64,000 nucleotides of DNA from an uncultured Gemmatimonadales bacterium (GTDB lineage: Bacteria; Gemmatimonadota; Glassbacteria; GWA2-58-10): contig CAYYNT010000014.1 of NCBI GenBank assembly GCA_964473155.1, positions 1,041 through 65,040 on the forward strand, given 5' to 3'. Positions within the stretch are counted from its first letter, which is position 1, and every line of letters starts with the position of its first letter. Shown piece by piece: positions 17,795 to 27,303 of the stretch. Under the pieces are notes generated by a model that saw nothing but the letters and a program-made list of their open reading frames with translations, was not told the origin of the DNA and did not search any database. A program made the position numbers and the translations under genes.

Positions 17795-19075
17795 TCAATT
17801 GCGCCACCAGCGCCTTTCGCGTACATACCGGTCAAACTCCTCGCGGTTGCGCAGGTTCTGATTGAAAAAATACAGCACCAGATTTTCAACCTCGTAAACC
17901 CAGATCTGGTTCATACGGCTGCCATAGATCTCAGTGGGCGGTCCGAGCAGGATATAGACCTCACCCATGTTCGTTTCCCAGCCCTCGCGCTGATCGGTGC
18001 TGAAATGGTTGTTGGCGTAATCGATCCGCTCGAAGTACTGGACTTTCAGCTCGTTGATCGCCGTGGCAGGCACGGGGTCCATTTTCTGCCAGAAACCATC
18101 CAGCGCCGCCTGGCGTTGATCTTCCGGAAAAGCCATCAAAGCCTTTAGCTCTTTTTCGCTGGCCAGATAACGCAGATAGCGTATCTCCTGCATGTAGTTG
18201 TCATTTACCCAGCTTTCGGACTTGACGATACGGAAAGTGAAACTGGTCGCGCGCGCCAGAGACTGGTTCTTTGCGTCCCGCAGATATACATCCACCTCGT
18301 AGCTGCCCAGTCCAAGAGTTTGCGAGGGAAGACGGATAAGCTTTCGCTGAGTCAGCAGGCCATCCGCAAGAGGCGCCTCAACCCGCGGGAAAACCATCAG
18401 CGCTTTCACCACCTCAGCGGTCAGCTTCCAGCCGCTGGGCGGGTTGGATGAGCCCGCGTAAACCTCAACCAGAAGGAATATAGGCTGCCCGGAGGCATAT
18501 TGCAAGGAAGCGCTCTTGATGGCGGATATTTCAACTTGCGGATTGATCAGTGAATCTGAATTCTCCACAGCCTCGTAGAAAAAAGGGGTGCTCAGCTTAG
18601 GCAGCTTCTCTGTCAGATCCGGAATATTGACCGACACCCGTCCGTTGCCGTAAGTATGGGCGTTCAGGTCTTTGACCTCGGCGAATCCCTCATATTTGCC
18701 CGGCTTCACGTTCATTTCGGTCTGGAGCGGATCGAAATGCTTCTCGAGTGTGGTCTCGTCGTAGCTCGGTACTCGCAAATCCTTTCGCCACAAGCCGCGT
18801 AAAATATCATGAGATTCGGTCTCCCGCATACTCAGAAAAGCCTCATAAGAGCCCTCGAAATGATTTGTCCGCCTTAAAAAAAGCAGGTTCTGGTTTTCCA
18901 CAGCCACGGTGATCAGACAGCGGGTGCTGTCTGCGGGTCCGCGGAAAAACGCCATTCTGAGATTAAAAGGGATTTCGTTCTCGAAGTTCTGGACTTCCTG
19001 CCCATAAAACTGCGATATATTCAAACCGGCTAACAGTAAGATCACCAGCGTGATTCTTGCCGATCCAGAGGACAT
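17795..19075 (-). CDS. GWxTD domain-containing exported protein
   Basis: Signal peptide; FWQKMDPVPATAINE, YFERIDYANNHF, GWETNMGEVYILLGPP. Confidence 0.88.
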   Translation of the reverse strand: MSSGSARITLVILLLAGLNISQFYGQEVQNFENEIPFNLRMAFFRGPADSTRCLITVAVENQNLLFLRRTNHFEGSYEAFLSMRETESHDILRGLWRKDLRVPSYDETTLEKHFDPLQTEMNVKPGKYEGFAEVKDLNAHTYGNGRVSVNIPDLTEKLPKLSTPFFYEAVENSDSLINPQVEISAIKSASLQYASGQPIFLLVEVYAGSSNPPSGWKLTAEVVKALMVFPRVEAPLADGLLTQRKLIRLPSQTLGLGSYEVDVYLRDAKNQSLARATSFTFRIVKSESWVNDNYMQEIRYLRYLASEKELKALMAFPEDQRQAALDGFWQKMDPVPATAINELKVQYFERIDYANNHFSTDQREGWETNMGEVYILLGPPTEIYGSRMNQIWVYEVENLVLYFFNQNLRNREEFDRYVRERRWWRN

Positions 19076-19192
19076 TTTCTCTCCCCAGACTCCAGGTTTC
19101 TGCGGACAGCCGATACCTTTCGATAAGCATAATACACTGGAACAGCCGAAGCGTTCGCGAAGATTCAAACCACCAATCCGTCGCCTGACAGT

Positions 19193-21523
19193 TCAGCGCT
19201 TCACCACAAACCGCGTGTTGCGCTTCGTCATCCGTCCCGCCAGGTTCAGGTCCTCCACCCGCACCGACAGTTCGTAGACTCCATCCGGATTGTCCGAGAT
19301 GTCTATCGCCACTTCCTCCTGCACCAGATCACGGCCAAGAGGCACACGGGTCTTATCCGCCGAGAGAACGACTTTTTCCTCGCCCGGACCGGCGCCGACA
19401 ATGGATTTGAAGGTATCCAACATGGCGCCGAAAACATTGCGGTCGCGGCTGACCGTGCTGACTACATATGTCACCCGGTAACTGCATGTCCCGTCCGCCG
19501 CGGGCTTCAGGTTATAGATCTCCTGATAGGCAAACATTTTTTCAGCAGGATGGAACACCTTGGAGGGATTGGGATAAATTTCAAGCCCGTAACGTTTGAA
19601 TTTACTCGAATCCGCCGGAGAGGCAAAAATATTCCTGGCGGTCAGTATCTGGCTCGATTGCAGCGAATCCCCGCTGAAAGAATCCATGCGCAGACTGCCG
19701 TTATATTGCCCCACGGCCTCGCCGTTCTGTATCCTTATAAAGTAACTGTAGTCACCGGCCGGAATATCCAGGCCGCCCAGATCGAGCACCAGGCGGTCAA
19801 CCAGGTCATGCGGATTGAACGAGCTTTTGTGCTGCTCCACCTTCTCAATCCGGCCCACCTGCCGCCACTGCCTGTCATAGAGCAGCATCTCGAAAGCGAT
19901 GTCATAGTAATAAGCATCCGTTTGCCGCAAGATGGTTATATCCCGTCCCGGCACTCCGAGGAATAATTCCAGGTTTCCACTGTCAGACGCCTGACTGCGA
20001 AAACTTACCAGATCATAGAACGAACGCAGGGAACGCCGGTAAGGCGACTCCACGCTTTCGCTGTGCAGCGCCCGCCTGATGAAAAGAGCATTGTCCGCCT
20101 CCTCTTCCATCAGAGTGAACGGATCGCCCGGATGATTGAGCAGACGGTAATAGATGCCTGTTCCGACCTCCTGCCGGCTGCCGTATAGATCACGCAGCCA
20201 GTTCAGGCGAGCCGCCTCCTCGTCGTCCCGCGGGTAGACATTGCCCTCCATGTCGGCCAGGAAGTCATTCTGGCGTCCGATCACGGATGAAAGGGCCGTA
20301 ATAAGCTGATATTCCTGGTTGCCGTTGAGAGCGGCGAAATGCAGCACCAGGTCCGGCGCGTCCGGACGGTAGTAGACCCAGGTCTCATTGGGAAGGAGCC
20401 CTTCGCCGATCTGGGAGAATGTCCTGTCAGGCTGTCCGTGACGGATATAAACCAGCCCGCGGTCGTCATATGGCACATCGATATCCGGATAGTTCGCCGC
20501 CAGCGGACCGACCGAGGGATTGCGCCTGGCGAACGGAACCCGGTACAGGCTGTCAGCCCCGGCCAGACGGTAATAGTGGCGCAGAAGGCGCATACCGGGG
20601 GAAAGATCCAGTTCGTGGTCCCGTTTGAACCAGAACTGACGGAAAAACTGTTCGGCCTGGGCCGGAGGCGTCTGATCATACTCCTCCTGCTCCTCCTCAT
20701 CCGCAATCATCACCACATCGTCCCAGTAGGCCTTGAATTCCTCGCGCCCCGATATATTTTTCACTCCCTCCCAGTACAGACGCAGCACCCTGTCGTAATT
20801 GCGCCGCCCGAGGCTGATCTTTACCATTTCAAGCCCGGCCAGCGGATCGATCCGTCCCTGCTCGGCCTCGATTATCTCCGACAGCACCTTTTCGGCGTCC
20901 TCCAGGTTGCCCAGAGCCTTGTTCAGAAGGGCCAGCTTGAAACCCAGGTCGCGGTTGAATCCACCCAGACCGAGCGAGAGTTTCAAATGATTCAAAGCTC
21001 TCTCGAGGTCATCCTTCCCATAACGTTTCATGCAAGCCGAACCAAGCCAGTAATGGGCCTCGGCGCTGCCCGGCGAAAGTTCCACCGCTTTTTCGAAACA
21101 CCTGATCGCCCGCGAAACATTGTCGAGATCGAACCAACGCTCCATTACCTGTATCAGTCGCGCCCGGCTGTCCTTGCGCTCCAGATGGCAGCGCCCCACG
21201 CCGATCCAGGCTTTCTCGTCCTCCGGCGCAAGCTTCAGAGCCCGGTCGAACGCCTGGCGCGCCGATTCAGGATCATCCCGCTTAAGACGTTCGGCTCCCA
21301 GACGCAGCAATGAATTCAACTCGGTCGCGAGAGTGTCCCGGCGGACTATCTGACTCCGCAGCAGAAGCGAATCCGGCTCGACCGCGGCATTCAGGACACA
21401 AGCCGCCGCAAGAATGAAAGCCGGCAACAGGAAAACAGCCGGATTGAAATGACGTGCAGACATATGTGCGAACCTGATCCGCGAGGTATGGAGGCGCTTC
21501 TCCCGGCCGGTTGTATTCATCAT
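19193..21523 (-). CDS. TPR plus GWxTD-like domain exported protein
   Basis: Signal peptide, multiple TPRs, FFRQFWFKRD, DDRGLVYIRHGQPD, ETWVY and C-terminal beta-rich domains. Start uncertain. Confidence 0.82.
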   Translation of the reverse strand: MMNTTGREKRLHTSRIRFAHMSARHFNPAVFLLPAFILAAACVLNAAVEPDSLLLRSQIVRRDTLATELNSLLRLGAERLKRDDPESARQAFDRALKLAPEDEKAWIGVGRCHLERKDSRARLIQVMERWFDLDNVSRAIRCFEKAVELSPGSAEAHYWLGSACMKRYGKDDLERALNHLKLSLGLGGFNRDLGFKLALLNKALGNLEDAEKVLSEIIEAEQGRIDPLAGLEMVKISLGRRNYDRVLRLYWEGVKNISGREEFKAYWDDVVMIADEEEQEEYDQTPPAQAEQFFRQFWFKRDHELDLSPGMRLLRHYYRLAGADSLYRVPFARRNPSVGPLAANYPDIDVPYDDRGLVYIRHGQPDRTFSQIGEGLLPNETWVYYRPDAPDLVLHFAALNGNQEYQLITALSSVIGRQNDFLADMEGNVYPRDDEEAARLNWLRDLYGSRQEVGTGIYYRLLNHPGDPFTLMEEEADNALFIRRALHSESVESPYRRSLRSFYDLVSFRSQASDSGNLELFLGVPGRDITILRQTDAYYYDIAFEMLLYDRQWRQVGRIEKVEQHKSSFNPHDLVDRLVLDLGGLDIPAGDYSYFIRIQNGEAVGQYNGSLRMDSFSGDSLQSSQILTARNIFASPADSSKFKRYGLEIYPNPSKVFHPAEKMFAYQEIYNLKPAADGTCSYRVTYVVSTVSRDRNVFGAMLDTFKSIVGAGPGEEKVVLSADKTRVPLGRDLVQEEVAIDISDNPDGVYELSVRVEDLNLAGRMTKRNTRFVVKR

Positions 21524-21576
21524 TCATGCCCGCAGAAAGTCTTTATGCACACTGCAAAACAAAGGGCCGAAAACAA

Positions 21577-21605
21577 GCGGGGGCAAAAGTATCTTCCGCC
21601 CCCGC
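21577..21605 (-). terminator. Possible intrinsic terminator after the polyferredoxin gene
   Basis: gcgggggc / gcccccgc 8-bp stem with 13-nt loop, followed on the minus strand by TTGTTTT. Confidence 0.4.
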
Positions 21606-21640
21606 ATCGCCTTGCCTCTGATTTTAACATCCAAGCCGTC

Positions 21641-23260
21641 TCAGGTCAATCCCGAGCCGTAGATATCAAGCAGCATCTGGTTATTGGGCGAGCGGCTCTC
21701 ACCTATGGAGGTCACGTACACTCCGGGTTTATCCACCAGCGGGCAGACAAATTCGCACATTCCACATCCCACGCACAGGTGCGGATCGATATGCGGTTGC
21801 TTGACCTTGATCCTGTTCTCGCCGGCGCTGTCCAGGACCTCGACCTCCTCGAACCAGATCGCTTTCTTGGGCGTGGGGCACACCTCCTCGCAGACAATGC
21901 AGTTGTGCCCCTGGCTGTAGGGGATGCAGCGGTTCTTGTCGAAAAAGGCCAGGCCTATTTTGGTCTGGTGCTTCTCCTCCAGAGTTAGCTTTTTGATCGC
22001 CTGAGTGGGGCAGACCTGCCCGCAGAGAGTGCAGTTGAATTCGCAGTAACCCTGCTGCATCCTCAGGTACGGCGTCCAGAATCCCTCCAGCCCGGCTTCC
22101 ATCAGCGTGGGCTGTATGGCGTTCTTGATGCAGACTTTCATGCATTCGCCGCACTTGACGCAGCGGTGCAGGAACTCGGTCTCGTCGACCGCTCCGGGCG
22201 GACGGATAAGGGCCGGATTGAATTTTCTCGACTCCCTGACATCGCCACCCGAGGCGAACGGCGGAGTCTTGCGCGGGTCGATCCGGCAGAGAGCCACCGC
22301 CCCGACCGCCGCGCCAAGCGAGGTCACCACCTGACGCTTGCTGTAATCCACGCTCCGCTCCTTCCGCGACGGCAGGCCGAAACCGAACGAAATCGAGCGG
22401 CTGGGGCAGGATTCAACGCAGTTCCAGCAATACAGGCACTCGGTGCGCAACCAGGTTTCCGAGGACTGCGGCTCGCAGGCGCCCTCGCAATTGCGGCTGC
22501 ACAGAAGGCAATTGGTGCAGGTTTCCTTGTTCACTCTCAGGCGAAGAAAATTGAAACGGCTCAGGATTCCGAGCAGCGCCCCCAGCGGGCAGAGAAAACG
22601 GCACCAGAAACGCCGCCGCACCTGGTTGAGAACGGCGATGGCCGTGAAGATAAGGCCGATAAAAAGGCCCTGATAGAAATACGGCTGCTCGAACGACAGC
22701 ACCTGACCGCGCAGAAAACCGAACACAGGCTGGATGACTGTATTGAGCCAGGGCCAGTCCAGCGCGAACAGCGGATAGAAAGCGGCGCGAACCAGCCAGT
22801 TGAACACCGGATTGACCGCCAGGGCAAATGAGCGGATGAGCACGGAAAAAGGATCAAGGAAGCCCACTATCTGAAGGCCGAACACCGAAGCCAGCAGAAA
22901 AAACACCGTCGCCAGGTATTTCCAGCTCTGACGTTTGTCATATCTGTTTCTGGTGATCTTGTCCTTGGGCTTTCGTCGGTTATGGCTCAGAATATGGTTG
23001 AGCGTGCCCATCGGGCAGACCCAGCCGCAGAAAAAGCGTCCCAGGCTCACGGTCAGTCCGACCACCGCCAGGCTCCAGAGCAGCATCCGCGGGACGCTGT
23101 GTTCGGCCAGAAAAGTGGAAATCGCCACCAGCGGATCGATATCGAAAAATATCTTCACCGGATAGGCGATCGTATCGGTCCCCTTGTATTCTGTCATGAC
23201 CAGCAGAAAGAGGAACAGAACGAAAAACACTGTCTGGCTGATCCGTCTCGCGTTGCGCAT
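21641..23260 (-). CDS. Membrane-bound polyferredoxin (NapH/MauN-like 4Fe-4S binding protein)
   Basis: TM helices with FFCGWVCPMG and FWCRFLCPLG; CxxCxxCxxxC clusters (CTNCLLCSRNC, CLYCWNCVESC, CVKCGECMKVC, CEFNCTLCGQVC, CIVCEEVC, CVGCGMCEFVC). Confidence 0.92.
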   Translation of the reverse strand: MRNARRISQTVFFVLFLFLLVMTEYKGTDTIAYPVKIFFDIDPLVAISTFLAEHSVPRMLLWSLAVVGLTVSLGRFFCGWVCPMGTLNHILSHNRRKPKDKITRNRYDKRQSWKYLATVFFLLASVFGLQIVGFLDPFSVLIRSFALAVNPVFNWLVRAAFYPLFALDWPWLNTVIQPVFGFLRGQVLSFEQPYFYQGLFIGLIFTAIAVLNQVRRRFWCRFLCPLGALLGILSRFNFLRLRVNKETCTNCLLCSRNCEGACEPQSSETWLRTECLYCWNCVESCPSRSISFGFGLPSRKERSVDYSKRQVVTSLGAAVGAVALCRIDPRKTPPFASGGDVRESRKFNPALIRPPGAVDETEFLHRCVKCGECMKVCIKNAIQPTLMEAGLEGFWTPYLRMQQGYCEFNCTLCGQVCPTQAIKKLTLEEKHQTKIGLAFFDKNRCIPYSQGHNCIVCEEVCPTPKKAIWFEEVEVLDSAGENRIKVKQPHIDPHLCVGCGMCEFVCPLVDKPGVYVTSIGESRSPNNQMLLDIYGSGLT

Positions 23261-24228
23261 CAGAGAGCCACCTCCCGGATCAGGGACGCCTCGGGGCTGA
23301 TCGAGCCGAGGCCTCTTTCCTGCCCCAGCGCCAGGTATCGTATCTCCGCCGGATCGATCCCGAACAGGCCGGCCGCGCGGCTGTCAGCGGCAATGGGATC
23401 GATCGAGGCGATGACCGTGTCGGTCTGCTTGACATCCGACAGGCTGCCGCCCGAGGGACCGTTGCCGGTGAGTATGCGCACCGCGTCAACCACTGTCAGC
23501 GTGGGAGCGAAGAACGCCGTCATTTCGACAATGCTCAGGTTCACATCCTGGTGCAACTGGTTTCGCCGTCCGCCCATCAGACCGTAAAAATTCTTCATCC
23601 CGATTGTCAGGCGGCTCAGGCTGTGATGTTTGGCTATCGGAACGTTGATTATCTTGTCAACTTCCATTGCCGGCTGGTACACCGGCCACTGCTTGATCAG
23701 CTCGCCGCCCACCTCGATCTGTTTGAAATTGAAATCTTCGAGATAAGGGCATTCGGCCCCGGCCTTCTCAGCCGCTTCCTTGATCCCGCTGCGTACGTAG
23801 CAGCGCCGCGGGTCGTTGATCGTGTTGTCAAGCACTGTCACTTTTGAGGCTCCGGCCTCCAGGCACAGAGCCACCAGGGCGGTGACAACGGCCGGGTTTG
23901 TGGTGGCGGCCTGCTCCGGCACACGGTCCCAGCCGATATTGGGTTTTATCATAACCTTGTCGCCGCGCGAGACAAACACGCCAATGCCGCCCAGTTCCTG
24001 AATGGCGCGGCGAGTGATTGCATCCGCGTCCTTGCCGGTCACCACGCTCATCACCGGGCCGGAGGTTTTCACCGGCTCCCGGCGGCGCGGCAGGGCTGCG
24101 CCACCGCCCGCGGTAGTCTTCGCACCGCCGCCCTCACCCTTCCCGGCGTCTCCGCCGCATCCAGCCATGCCGGCGGCCAGCGCCCCGGCTCCCAGCACTT
24201 TCAGAAATTCCTTGCGCCCAATATGCAT
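23260..24228 (-). CDS. DUF362 family protein with Tat-like lipoprotein signal
   Basis: GRKEFLK...AGMAGC signal; IKPNIGWDR, ATTNPAVV, INVPIAKHH, GMKNFYG. Start 24228 or 24234. Confidence 0.88.
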   Translation of the reverse strand: MHIGRKEFLKVLGAGALAAGMAGCGGDAGKGEGGGAKTTAGGGAALPRRREPVKTSGPVMSVVTGKDADAITRRAIQELGGIGVFVSRGDKVMIKPNIGWDRVPEQAATTNPAVVTALVALCLEAGASKVTVLDNTINDPRRCYVRSGIKEAAEKAGAECPYLEDFNFKQIEVGGELIKQWPVYQPAMEVDKIINVPIAKHHSLSRLTIGMKNFYGLMGGRRNQLHQDVNLSIVEMTAFFAPTLTVVDAVRILTGNGPSGGSLSDVKQTDTVIASIDPIAADSRAAGLFGIDPAEIRYLALGQERGLGSISPEASLIREVAL

Positions 24229-24474
24229 CTCCACTTTTCTCCCCCGCTCCAAAACTGAACCGGTGTCAGGTCCGAAATGTTGTTTTCATTATTCAGTGAA
24301 ACTGTACTCACCTTCTCTGACAGCAGGCATGCCATTTATTTAGATTTCTCTTACATAAAAAGGCGTGCTTAAATCCGATGCGTCCACTGCCCAAAGAAAA
24401 TCACAGCAAAAGGATAAACTATTTTAATAGCAATCCAGGACCACTTTGTCAACTATTTCAGTCCCGGAAAAGTT

Positions 24475-25392
24475 TCAACTAAGTTTCGCGCTGAAATACT
24501 CTACGGTTGCAGCCAGACCGCTGTCCAGGTCGGCTGAGGGAGTGAAACCCAGTCCGCGCAGCCTGGAAATGTCGGCATAGCTGGCCCGGATGTCGCCAGG
24601 ACGTTCCCCGGCAAACACGATTTTCGAACGCGAACCAGTGACACTTTTTATTCTTTGCGCCAGCTCCAGCACGGTGATGAATTCCCCGCGCCCAACATTG
24701 TAAACCTCGCTGCCGCGATCCACGGCCAGAAGGATCGCCCGGACCAGGTCTTTCACGAAAATGAAGTCCCTCACCTGGCCTCCGTCGCCGAAAATCACAA
24801 GGTCCTCGTGACGCAGGGCGCGGTGCACGAAAATCGGCACCGCGGCCGCATACTGGCTGGCCGGGTCCTGGCGTGGCCCGAACACGTTGAAAAAGCGCAG
24901 GCTTACCGTATCCAGCCCCCAGGCCTCGCGGTACATCCGCAGATAGTATTCTCCATCGAGCTTGGTCACGGCGTAGGGGCTTTTCGGTTCGGGCAGCATG
25001 TCCTCGCGCTTGGGGACCTGCGGATTGTCCCCGTACACCGCGGCGCTGCTGGCGAGAACCACCTTGCGCGCTCCGGCTTTCCTCGCCACGGCAAGCACGT
25101 TGAGCGCACCCAGGGTGTTTATCCGCACGCACTCATCCGGGTGCTCCATGCTTTCCGGCACGCTGACCATCGCCGCCAGGTGAAAAACCAGATCAACGCC
25201 ATCCATCGCCTTTTCCAGTTCCGCGATATCCGTGACCGATCCGCGCCGGAAATCGCAGTCCAGGCCTTCCAGGTTGGCGAGATGGCCGGTGCGAAGGTTA
25301 TCCAGAACACGAACCTGGTGGCCGGAGCCTGAAAAATGCTCCACAAGATGACTGCCGATAAAACCCGCGCCCCCGGTGATCAAAACGCGCAT
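24475..25392 (-). CDS. NAD-dependent nucleotide-sugar epimerase/dehydratase (extended SDR)
   Basis: GGAGFIGSH, ASSAAVYG, YAVTK, RFFNVFGPRQDP. Confidence 0.95.
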   Translation of the reverse strand: MRVLITGGAGFIGSHLVEHFSGSGHQVRVLDNLRTGHLANLEGLDCDFRRGSVTDIAELEKAMDGVDLVFHLAAMVSVPESMEHPDECVRINTLGALNVLAVARKAGARKVVLASSAAVYGDNPQVPKREDMLPEPKSPYAVTKLDGEYYLRMYREAWGLDTVSLRFFNVFGPRQDPASQYAAAVPIFVHRALRHEDLVIFGDGGQVRDFIFVKDLVRAILLAVDRGSEVYNVGRGEFITVLELAQRIKSVTGSRSKIVFAGERPGDIRASYADISRLRGLGFTPSADLDSGLAATVEYFSAKLS

Positions 25393-25591
25393 GCGGACCT
25401 CTTATCTGTTTATTATTGTTCGTAATCGAGGGGTTGAGCCAGGCGGCCGGGATGACTATCACACCACACCGCTGATCTCCCGGCCGAGTGAGGATTTATA
25501 ATACATCCGGGCTGTAAAATCAAGCCGCATGGAATTAAGTAACCTCTGGATATACTAAAACATGCGGAATAATCACCGCAAGCCCGATACA

Positions 25592-25620
25592 TTGACTTTC
25601 CGGTCCTTTCCTGTTAGTTT
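25592..25620 (+). promoter_or_regulatory. Candidate sigma70 promoter for the aminotransferase
   Basis: TTGACT-N17-TAGTTT with TG extended -10. Confidence 0.5.
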
Positions 25621-25676
25621 TGAATTTTCCCGCCGACTATCCCATTTACTTAATGAGAAACTGCAAGGAGGAGAGA

Positions 25677-27044
25677 TTGGCCAAGACATTTTCCACCACA
25701 CCCAAAAAAGTGCCGTTTGTCGATACGCCCAACCGCAAGATCAAGACCGCCATCCCGGTTCCCGAGTCACTGCAAGTTATCGAGAGCCTGCGCCGCAACG
25801 AGCCGCTCTCGATGAGCGGCCAGCCCCTGGTCCTCTGGGACCACGCCAAGGGCGCCACGGTCTGGGACAAGTGGGGCAACCAGTGGATCGACTGGTCCAG
25901 CGGCGTGCTGATCACCAACGCCGGGCACAACCACCCGAAAATCAACAGGGCGATAATCAACCAGGTGAAAAGCGGCCTGCTCACAAGCTACTGCTTCCCG
26001 AACGACCCGCGCGCCGAGCTGGCCCAGCTCCTGGTGGATGTCACCCCCAAGCCGATGGACAAGGCGTTCATCCTGACCACAGGCAGCGAGACTGTCGAGT
26101 GCGTTTTCAAGCTGATGCGCACATACGGTCTGAAAAAGTACGGCAAGCACAAGATTACCGTGGTCTCGTTCGAGCGCGATTTCCACGGCCGCACACTGGG
26201 CGCACAGATGCTGGGCGGAAGCCCGGCCCTCAAGGAATGGATTGTCAATCTGGACCCGAACATAGTCCAGGTCCCGTTCCCGGACGGTTTCCGCACGCCT
26301 GACACCAGCTTCGAGCTGTTCGAGAAGTCGCTGGCCGCGAAGAACATCACCCCGGACATGGTGGCCGGTGTCCTGATGGAAACCTACCAGGGAGGCGGAG
26401 CCAGCTTCGCTCCGCCCGAGTACGTGCAGGCCCTGCGCAAGTGGTGCGACAAGCATGGCGCGCTGCTCTGCTGTGATGAGGTGCAGGCCGGTTTCGGGCG
26501 CTGCGGCACGCTGTTCGGCTGGGAAAATTACGGCATCCTTCCCGACCTGGCCTGTTTCGGCAAGGGCATATCGAGCAGCCTGCCGGTCTCGGCCGTGGTC
26601 GGCCGCAAGGATGTGATGGACCTGTACGGCCCGAACGAGATGACCAGCACACACACCGGCAACCCGGTCTGCGCCGCCGCCGCCGTGGCCAACATCAAGG
26701 CGATCATCGAAGAGAAGATCGTGGAGCACGGCGCTGAGATGGGCCGTATCCTGCACAAGGGCCTTCAGGCCCTGAAGAAGAAGTTCCCCGCGGTTATCGG
26801 CTCGGTGCAGGGCAAAGGCATGGTGGCCGGTCTGCACATGGTCAAGAAAGGTACGATCGAGCCGGATGGCGACCTGGCCTGGAACATCGTGAATTCTTGC
26901 GTGGAGAAAGGCCTCCTGATGTTCGCCCCGGTGGGCGTGGGCAGCGCCACGGTGAAGATCAACCCGCCGCTGGTGATCAAGGAGCGTCTGTTGCGCGAGG
27001 GCCTCAAGGTGCTGGAAGAGGCTATCGCCGAGAACGTCCGTTAA
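25677..27044 (+). CDS. Class III PLP-dependent aminotransferase (GabT-like)
   Basis: TTG start behind AGGAGG; FHGRT, DEVQAGFGRCG, PDLACFGKG (PLP lysine), STHTGNPV. Confidence 0.93.
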   Translation: MAKTFSTTPKKVPFVDTPNRKIKTAIPVPESLQVIESLRRNEPLSMSGQPLVLWDHAKGATVWDKWGNQWIDWSSGVLITNAGHNHPKINRAIINQVKSGLLTSYCFPNDPRAELAQLLVDVTPKPMDKAFILTTGSETVECVFKLMRTYGLKKYGKHKITVVSFERDFHGRTLGAQMLGGSPALKEWIVNLDPNIVQVPFPDGFRTPDTSFELFEKSLAAKNITPDMVAGVLMETYQGGGASFAPPEYVQALRKWCDKHGALLCCDEVQAGFGRCGTLFGWENYGILPDLACFGKGISSSLPVSAVVGRKDVMDLYGPNEMTSTHTGNPVCAAAAVANIKAIIEEKIVEHGAEMGRILHKGLQALKKKFPAVIGSVQGKGMVAGLHMVKKGTIEPDGDLAWNIVNSCVEKGLLMFAPVGVGSATVKINPPLVIKERLLREGLKVLEEAIAENVR

Positions 27045-27082
27045 AACAGACTCGGTTTTAAACGGATTTGACTGGATGATTA

Positions 27083-27153
27083 CGTAAGGGGCGATTCATG
27101 AATCGCCCTTACGCATATCCAAAATATTTGCGGGGCACGGCATACCGTGCCCC
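27083..27153. repeat. Tandem pair of REP-like palindromes
   Basis: cgtaaggggcgattcatgaatcgcccttacg (27083-27113) and ggggcacgg-cata-ccgtgcccc (27132-27153), the second followed by a T-run. Confidence 0.7.
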
Positions 27154-27303
27154 TTTTTTATGCTTATTTATCGCGGGTAAAGAACACCTATAAGCCATTT
27201 GCACTTCTGATCGGCGTTTCTTAAGTTTGAGCATCGACTGTCCGGAATGGTCTGACGAAAAACAATCTGAAGTGGTATGCAACTTTTTTGATGGGACTGA
27301 CAA

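Noticed and set aside
25447-25488. cggccggga...tcccggccg inverted repeat in the epimerase/aminotransferase spacer
   Set aside because: A single short IR in GC-rich DNA with no second copy or recognisable motif.
24475-27044. Epimerase plus aminotransferase as an amino-sugar pathway
   Set aside because: Divergently transcribed, the aminotransferase is class III rather than DegT-type, and no glycosyltransferase is nearby.
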